Source of the DNA: Cereibacter sphaeroides 2.4.1
Lineage (GTDB): Bacteria; Pseudomonadota; Alphaproteobacteria; Rhodobacterales; Rhodobacteraceae
DNA length: 32,000 nucleotides
Direction: 5' to 3'
Assembly: GCF_000012905.2 (NCBI RefSeq)
Contig: NC_007493.2
Coordinates: forward strand, 870,001-902,000
The notes below the pieces were generated by a model, which was given only the letters and a program-made list of their open reading frames with translations, was not told the DNA's origin and made no database searches. Shown piece by piece: positions 24,685-30,538 of this stretch; the first letter of the stretch is position 1, and each line of letters starts with the position of its first letter. The position numbers and the translations under genes were made by a program.

Positions 24685-25761
24685 TCAGTGCGGGAAGGGC
24701 CACAGCCGCAGCTTCTCCTTGAGCACGCGCCAGAGCTGGGCCAGCCCGTGCGGCTCGAGGATGAGAAATCCGATGATGAGCGCGCCCACGATCATGAGCT
24801 CGATGTGGGCCGCGAGATCCGAGGGCCAGCCGAGCCCGCCCACCAGCACGTTCTTGAGAAAGACCGGCAGGAGCACGAGGAAGGCGGCGCCCGCGAAGCT
24901 GCCGAAGATGCTGCCGAGGCCCCCGATGATGATCATGAAGAGAATGAGGAAGGACTTCTGGATCCCGAAGGCCTCGCCCACCTCGGCCGCGCCGAGATAG
25001 ACCGCGAAGAACAGCGCCCCCGCGATGCCGATGAAGAAGGACGAGACCGCAAAGGCCGATAGCTTGGTCGTGAGCGGGTTCACCCCGATGATCTCGGCCG
25101 CGATGTCCATGTCGCGGATGGCCATCCACTTCCGGCCGATGGTGCCGCGCGTGAGGTTCCGCGCGATCCAGGCCAGCGCGAAGAGGAAGGCCGCGCAGAA
25201 GAGATACTTGGCCCAAGCGGGTGTGTTGGCCCCCGTCACCGCGATGCCGAACATGGTCCGCTCGGGCGCGGTGATCTGGCCCGAGGCCGAGTAGTTGTAG
25301 AACCACGGCACCTTGTTGAAGAGCCAGACGAGAAAGAACTGCGCGGCGAGCGTGGCGACGGCCAGATAGAAGCCCTTGATCCGGAGCGAGGGCAGGCCGA
25401 AGAGCACGCCCACGCCCGCGGTGATCGCGCCTGCGAGGATCACATGGATCAGGATCGGCACGTCGGGAAAGGCGGTCATCAGCTTGTAGACCGCATAGGC
25501 CCCCACCGCCATGAAGCCGCCCGTCCCGAGGCTCACCTGCCCGCAGTAGCCGGTCAGGATGTTGAGCCCGATGGCCGCGATGGCATAGATCAGGAAGGGC
25601 ACGACCACGGCATTGGCCCAGTAGTCGTTGATGACGAAGGGCAGGATGGCGAAGCCCACGACCAGCGCCACCTGATACCAGAGCCGGTCCCACCAGATCG
25701 GGAAGGTCTGGCTGTCCTGCGCGTAGCTCGTCTTGAACTCGCCCGCTTCACGGTAAAGCAT
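24685..25761 (-). CDS. ABC transporter permease, LivM-like
   Basis: 358 aa, polytopic, with conserved LivM-type segments (GQVSLGTGGFMAVGAY). A 3-nt gap separates it from the upstream permease. Confidence 0.9.
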   Translation of the reverse strand: MLYREAGEFKTSYAQDSQTFPIWWDRLWYQVALVVGFAILPFVINDYWANAVVVPFLIYAIAAIGLNILTGYCGQVSLGTGGFMAVGAYAVYKLMTAFPDVPILIHVILAGAITAGVGVLFGLPSLRIKGFYLAVATLAAQFFLVWLFNKVPWFYNYSASGQITAPERTMFGIAVTGANTPAWAKYLFCAAFLFALAWIARNLTRGTIGRKWMAIRDMDIAAEIIGVNPLTTKLSAFAVSSFFIGIAGALFFAVYLGAAEVGEAFGIQKSFLILFMIIIGGLGSIFGSFAGAAFLVLLPVFLKNVLVGGLGWPSDLAAHIELMIVGALIIGFLILEPHGLAQLWRVLKEKLRLWPFPH

Positions 25762-25764
25762 GGA

Positions 25765-26754
25765 TCAGACCCTCTCGATGATGCGTTCGCCGAACAGGCC
25801 CTGCGGCCGGAAGACGAGGAACAGGAGTGCGAGCACATAGGCGAACCAGTTCTCGGTCGCGCCGCCGATCAGGGGGCCCGCAAAGAACTCGAACAGCTTC
25901 TCGCCCATGCCGATGATGAGCCCGCCCACGATGGCGCCGGGGATCGAGGTGAAGCCGCCGAGCATGAGGACGGGCAGCGCCTTCAGCGCGATGAGCGAGA
26001 GCGAGAACTGCACACCCGACTTCGCCCCCCACATGATGCCCGCGATGAGGGCCACGAAGCCCGCGATCGACCAGACCAGCACCCAGACGAAGCGGAGCGA
26101 GATGCCGACCGACAGCGCCGCCTGATGGTCGTCGGCCACGGCGCGCAGCGCGCGGCCGTATTTGGTATATTGCGAGAAGAGCGTGAGCGCCGCGACCAGC
26201 GCCGCCGCGACCAGCGTCGCCACGATGTCGAGCCTGTCGATGAAGAAGCCGTAGCCGAACCATTCGGCCGTGACCGCCTCGATCCCCTCCGAGATGCCCT
26301 GCGGCAGGCCCACGTCGAGCATCTTGATGTCTGCGCCCCACATGACGTCGCCCAGCCCCTCGAGGAAATAGGCAAGCCCGATGGTCGCCATGAAGAGGAT
26401 GATCGGCTCCTGGTTCACCAGATGCTTCAGGATCAGCCGCTCGATGGCCCAGGCGAGGCCCACCATCACGAGGGCGGTGAGGGCGATGGCCAGAGCCGCG
26501 GGCAGCGTCCAGCCGAAGCTGTGCAGGTTGGTGCCGAGGGCCGCGTTGATGAGATGGGCGAAGGGGATCTGACCGTTCTGCAGCCCCACCAGCGTCAGCG
26601 CGGCAAAGAGCGCGAGCACCCCCTGCGCGTAGTTGAAGATGCCCGAGGCCTTGAAGATCAGCACGAAGCCGAGCGCCACGAGCGCATACATCACCCCGGC
26701 CATCAGGCCGTTCAGGGTGACTTCCATGGCGTAGACAAGCTGGTCAGGCAGCAT
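25765..26754 (-). CDS. ABC transporter permease, LivH-like
   Basis: 329 aa starting MLPDQLVYAMEVTLNGL. The ATG at 26754 is preceded by GAGGAGG with a 6-nt spacer. The track's upstream extension (MPAPRPPRSR...) is implausible. Confidence 0.9.
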   Translation of the reverse strand: MLPDQLVYAMEVTLNGLMAGVMYALVALGFVLIFKASGIFNYAQGVLALFAALTLVGLQNGQIPFAHLINAALGTNLHSFGWTLPAALAIALTALVMVGLAWAIERLILKHLVNQEPIILFMATIGLAYFLEGLGDVMWGADIKMLDVGLPQGISEGIEAVTAEWFGYGFFIDRLDIVATLVAAALVAALTLFSQYTKYGRALRAVADDHQAALSVGISLRFVWVLVWSIAGFVALIAGIMWGAKSGVQFSLSLIALKALPVLMLGGFTSIPGAIVGGLIIGMGEKLFEFFAGPLIGGATENWFAYVLALLFLVFRPQGLFGERIIERV

Positions 26755-26888
26755 CGGGCGCCTCCTCGGCAGCGGGCGGGAACGGGGCGGACGGGGCGCG
26801 GGCATGCGGGGCTTCCGCCCGCAGGGAAGCGTCGCCCAGGAGCCGCGGGTGCGGCACCTCCGGCAGGCGCGCGCCGGGGATCGGGGCC

Positions 26889-27728
26889 TCAGTCATGCTG
26901 CACCCCCAGATAGGCGTCGATCACGGCCTTGTTGCTGCGGATCTCGTCGGGGGTGCCGTCGCCGATCTTCTTGCCGTAGTCCATCACCACGACGCGGTCC
27001 GAGAGGTCCATGACCACCCCCATGTCATGCTCGATCAGCGCGATGGTCGTGCCGAACTCGTCGTTCGTGTCGAGGATGAAGCGGCACATGTCCTCCTTCT
27101 CCTCGACGTTCATGCCCGCCATCGGCTCGTCGAGGAGCAGGAGCTTCGGCTCGGTGGCCAGCGCGCGGGCAAGCTCCACCCGCTTCTTGAGCCCATAGGG
27201 CAGGCGGCCGACCGGCGTCTTGCGGATATGCTGGATCTCGAGGAAGTCGATGATCCTCTCGACCTTCGCGCGGTGCTCGACCTCCTCGGCCTGCGCGCGG
27301 CCCCACCAGAGCGCCTGGCTCCAGAGACCGGTCTTCATCAGCGTGAGGCGCCCCGTCATGATGTTGTCGAGCACGCTCATCCCCTCGAAGAGGGCGATGT
27401 TCTGGAAGGTGCGGGCGATGCCCTGCTGGGCCACCTCATAGGGCTTCATCTGCGGCCGCCGCTTTCCGCGGAACCAGACCTCGCCCTCCTGCGGCACATA
27501 GAAGCCCGAAATCACGTTCAGCATCGAGGATTTGCCGGCCCCGTTCGGCCCGATGATCGCGCGGATCTCGCCCTCGCGGATGTCGAAGCTGATGTCGGTG
27601 ATGGCCTTCACGCCGCCGAAGCGGAGCGTGATGTTCTTCATCTCCATCAGCACCCCGCCGATGCGGCGCTCGTCGGTTGGCTCCGGACCCCTGACCATGG
27701 CTTCAGGCATATCGATGAGCGCTGTCAT
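26889..27728 (-). CDS. ABC transporter ATP-binding protein, LivG-like
   Basis: Walker A GPNGAGKSS, Walker B LLLLDEPMAGMN and the LivG-type insertion. AAGGGAAG lies 7 nt before the ATG at 27728. Confidence 0.9.
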   Translation of the reverse strand: MTALIDMPEAMVRGPEPTDERRIGGVLMEMKNITLRFGGVKAITDISFDIREGEIRAIIGPNGAGKSSMLNVISGFYVPQEGEVWFRGKRRPQMKPYEVAQQGIARTFQNIALFEGMSVLDNIMTGRLTLMKTGLWSQALWWGRAQAEEVEHRAKVERIIDFLEIQHIRKTPVGRLPYGLKKRVELARALATEPKLLLLDEPMAGMNVEEKEDMCRFILDTNDEFGTTIALIEHDMGVVMDLSDRVVVMDYGKKIGDGTPDEIRSNKAVIDAYLGVQHD

Positions 27729-27945
27729 GCCGCGTCTTCCCTTCTATCTGTCGACGTCGAGCGTGCATCGGTGGCCCGTCACGCTTCGGAGAAGCTCCCG
27801 CCGTGTGAAGGCAAAGCGGAGCGACAGGATGGCATTCCAGATGGACTTGTTCGTCGAACGGGTGGACCTCGTTTGTGAGTTGGGTGTTCAGCGCGCCTTC
27901 GAGCGGCTGAGTATGTGTCCGTTCGCTGCGGCCGCCTGCGCCGGT

Positions 27946-27971
27946 GAGGTTGAGGTCGAGGTCGAGGTCGA
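27946..27971. repeat. Hexanucleotide tandem repeat (GAGGTY) x4.3
   Basis: gaggtt gaggtc gaggtc gaggtc ga, within the 288-nt spacer between the FadD-like and LivG-like genes. Confidence 0.85.
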
Positions 27972-28016
27972 ACTTCGCATCAGGCTCTGGGCGTGGGCAG
28001 ATCAACGCTGAGAGTG

Positions 28017-29978
28017 TCATTCGGCAGCCATCCTCTGCGCGGAGGCGCCGTGGGTGGCGGCGTCCTCGATCCTCAGCGTGGCGCGGATCGCGCCCTTGCG
28101 GCCGTCCTCGTAGGTGACCTCGGTCTCGGTGTGGATGCTGGTCCGCCCGTCGTAGAGCGCGGCGATCAGGTCGTGGTATTTCTCCTCGATGACCTTGCGG
28201 CGCACCTTGCGGGTGCGGGTCATCTCGCCGTCGTCGGCGTCCAGCTCCTTGTGCAGGATCAGGAAGCGGTGGATCTGGCAGCCCGACAGCATCGGATCCT
28301 CGGCCACGGAGCGGTTCACCTCCTCCACATGGCCCTTCATCATCTCGTAGACCTTCGGGTGGCCCGCCAGCTCCTGATAGGAGGAATAGGCGATGTTGTT
28401 GCGCTCGGCCCAGTTGCCCACGGCGGCGAGGTCGATGTTGAGGAAGGCGGTGCAGCGCTCGCGCCCGTTGCCGAAGACCACGGCCTCGAGGATCGAGGGA
28501 TAGAACTTCAGCTTGTTCTCGACATATTTCGGCGCGAAGAGCCGCCCGTCGGCCATCTTGCCCACGTCCTTGGCGCGGTCGATGATCCGCAGGTGGCCGG
28601 TGGCCTCCTCGAAGAAGCCCGCGTCGCCGGTGGCGACCCAGCCCTCGGCATCCTTGGTCGAGGCGGTGCTTTCGGGGTTCTTGTAATAGGCCACGAAGGT
28701 GCCGGGCGAGCGGTAGAACACCTCGCCGGTCTCGGCGATCCGCACCTCGACGCCGGGCGAGGGCACGCCCACCGTGTCCGAGCGCACCTGTCCATCGGGC
28801 TGCTGGGTGATGAAGACCGAGGCCTCGGTCTGGCCGTAGAGCTGCTTCAGGTTGATGCCGAGCGAGCGGTAGAAGTCGAAGATCTCCGGCCCGATGGCCT
28901 CGCCCGCCGTATAGCCCACCCGCACGCGCGAGAAGCCGAGCGTGTTCTTCAGCGGCCCGTAGATCAGCTTGTCGCCGATCCAGTAGGCGATCCGGTCTGC
29001 GGTGCTCACAGGTCTGCCGTCGAGGATCGCGGGGCCCACCCGGCGGGCCACCTCCATATAGTGCCGGAAGAGCGCCTTCTTGATCCGGCCCGCATCCTCC
29101 ATGCGGATCATCACATTGGTGAGCTGGCCCTCGAAGACGCGCGGCGGGGCGAAGAAATAGGTGGGCCCGATCTCCCGCAGATCGTTCATCATGGTGGTCG
29201 CGCTCTCGGGGCAGTTCACGCAGAAGCCCGTCCACATCGCCTGACCGACCGAGAAGATGAAATCGCCGACCCAGGCCATCGGCAGATAGGCCAGCACCTC
29301 GTCGCCGGGGCGCAAGCCATCGAACGCGACCGAATTCTTCGAGGTCTCGATGATGTTGCGGTTCGACAGGACCACGCCCTTGGGCTTGCCGGTCGTCCCC
29401 GAGGTATAGAGCATCACGCAGGTCGAGCCGTAGTCGAGCTCGGCGATCCGGCGGTCGAGCTCTTCGTCGAAGCGGCGATGGGCGGCCCGGCCCTCGGCCA
29501 CGACATCCTCGAGCCAGTTCATGCGGGAATGGTCGTATTTCCGCATGCCCCGCTTGTCGACATAGACCACCTGCTCGATATGGTGGATCCGGTCCTGCAC
29601 CTCGATGACCTTGTCGACCTGCTCCTGATCGCCGCAGATGACGAAGCGCGCGCCGCAATGGTCGAGAACATAGACCATCTCCTCGGCGACCGCGTCCTGA
29701 TAGAGCGGCACGGGCACCGCGCCGCACATCTGCGCCGCCACCATCGACCAGTAGAGCGCCGGGCGATTGCGCCCCACCACCGCCACATGGTCGCCGCGCT
29801 GCATGCCGAGCGCGAGGAAGCCCAGCGCGATGGCGCGGATCTCGGACGCCGCCTCCGCCCAGCTCCAGACCTGCCAGATGCCGAATTCCTTCTCCCGATA
29901 GGCGGGCTGGCGCGGGAACGCGGTGGCGTTCCTGTGCAGCAGCGCCGGAATCGAGACGAGGTCCCCCGTTTCGGCCAT
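28017..29978 (-). CDS. Long-chain-fatty-acid-CoA ligase-like AMP-binding enzyme
   Basis: 653 aa starting MAETGDLVSIPALL, which is codon 92 of track ORF 28017..30251. GGGAGGA lies 5 nt upstream. Motifs LYTSGTTGKPKGV, YGQTE and TGDAGFFEEATGHLRIIDRAKD are present. Confidence 0.9.
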   Translation of the reverse strand: MAETGDLVSIPALLHRNATAFPRQPAYREKEFGIWQVWSWAEAASEIRAIALGFLALGMQRGDHVAVVGRNRPALYWSMVAAQMCGAVPVPLYQDAVAEEMVYVLDHCGARFVICGDQEQVDKVIEVQDRIHHIEQVVYVDKRGMRKYDHSRMNWLEDVVAEGRAAHRRFDEELDRRIAELDYGSTCVMLYTSGTTGKPKGVVLSNRNIIETSKNSVAFDGLRPGDEVLAYLPMAWVGDFIFSVGQAMWTGFCVNCPESATTMMNDLREIGPTYFFAPPRVFEGQLTNVMIRMEDAGRIKKALFRHYMEVARRVGPAILDGRPVSTADRIAYWIGDKLIYGPLKNTLGFSRVRVGYTAGEAIGPEIFDFYRSLGINLKQLYGQTEASVFITQQPDGQVRSDTVGVPSPGVEVRIAETGEVFYRSPGTFVAYYKNPESTASTKDAEGWVATGDAGFFEEATGHLRIIDRAKDVGKMADGRLFAPKYVENKLKFYPSILEAVVFGNGRERCTAFLNIDLAAVGNWAERNNIAYSSYQELAGHPKVYEMMKGHVEEVNRSVAEDPMLSGCQIHRFLILHKELDADDGEMTRTRKVRRKVIEEKYHDLIAALYDGRTSIHTETEVTYEDGRKGAIRATLRIEDAATHGASAQRMAAE

Positions 29979-29981
29979 TCC

Positions 29982-30039
29982 AATCCTCCCTGATGCGACC
30001 GGCCCCCTCCTCCGGGATCGGTCGGGCGAGGGGAGGATT
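29982..30039 (-). promoter_or_regulatory. Leader hairpin pairing the Shine-Dalgarno of the FadD-like gene with an upstream anti-SD
   Basis: In the minus-strand RNA, AAUCCUCCC (30039-30031) is perfectly complementary to GGGAGGAUU (29990-29982), which contains the SD. An inner stem pairs CGACCG with CGGUCG (30024-30019 / 30001-29996). The apical loop carries GGAGGAGGGGG. Confidence 0.45.
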
Positions 30040-30095
30040 CTTGGCGATCCCGCCCTTCGCCCGAGGAGCCTCGCCTGCAATGGTTGCGCGACTTT

Positions 30096-30112
30096 TTCGC
30101 AATCCTTGCGAA
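30096..30112. promoter_or_regulatory. Perfect palindrome TTCGCAA-TCC-TTGCGAA in an AT-rich patch (candidate operator)
   Basis: It lies within the locally A+T-rich stretch TTGCGCGACTTTTTCGCAATCCTTGCGAATTGTAACA, about 120 nt upstream of the FadD-like start, in the divergent intergenic region. Confidence 0.35.
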
Positions 30113-30254
30113 TTGTAACAGGTCGAGAAGGTCGCGCCGTCCCCGCTCCCGCGGTCTTGTGGCCGCCTCCGCCCGGCGGTGCGCGCCTCCCAACGGCCGG
30201 GCAGGCACCCTCCCGGCGGTTGCGGCTCTTCCGCCATCCCCCCGGGATCATGAG

Positions 30255-30278
30255 CTCTCAGCCTCTCAGCCTCTCAGT
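30255..30278. repeat. Octanucleotide tandem repeat (CTCTCAGC) x3
   Basis: ctctcagc ctctcagc ctctcagt. Confidence 0.85.
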
Positions 30279-30360
30279 CCGGCAGAGCATCTGGTTTCGC
30301 GATATCACCCGCGCACCCACGGACGGGCGCAATCGGCCGCCCGGGCCTGTCCGCGGCAGC

Positions 30361-30395
30361 GCCGGTTGCGGGGGTTCGATGCCCCCGCAACCGGC
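30361..30395. other. Perfect 14-bp inverted repeat (hairpin) with a 7-nt TTCGATG loop
   Basis: Stem GCCGGTTGCGGGGG, loop ttcgatg, stem CCCCCGCAACCGGC. The inner 7 bp (GCGGGGG/CCCCCGC) are identical to the stem of dispersed-element copy 1. Confidence 0.8.
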
Positions 30396-30400
30396 ACCTC

Positions 30401-30418
30401 CCTCCAGTCCCTCCAGTC
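30401..30418. repeat. Nonanucleotide tandem duplication (CCTCCAGTC) x2
   Basis: cctccagtc cctccagtc, immediately 3' of the 14-bp hairpin. Confidence 0.8.
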
Positions 30419-30538
30419 AGCCGTTCCCGGCGCGGAGCTGGCCGCGCACGCGGCGGAAGTGACGCGGCGGCCGTCCGCGCGGATGCCCCTTCCGCGGGAC
30501 GGGGGGCCGGTGCTAGCCAAGAGGTGGGAGGATGCGGG

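Noticed and set aside
30361-30398. A tRNA gene at the T-loop-like hairpin
   Set aside because: Only an acceptor/T-arm-like minihelix is present. The 5' arm is contiguous with the T-stem, there are no D or anticodon arms, and the 3' end reads ACC rather than an encoded CCA after a discriminator base.
27946-30418. Short tandem repeats (27946-27971, 30255-30278, 30401-30418) as a CRISPR array
   Set aside because: The units are 6-9 nt and directly adjacent with no spacers, and no cas genes are present. These are micro/minisatellites, not CRISPR.
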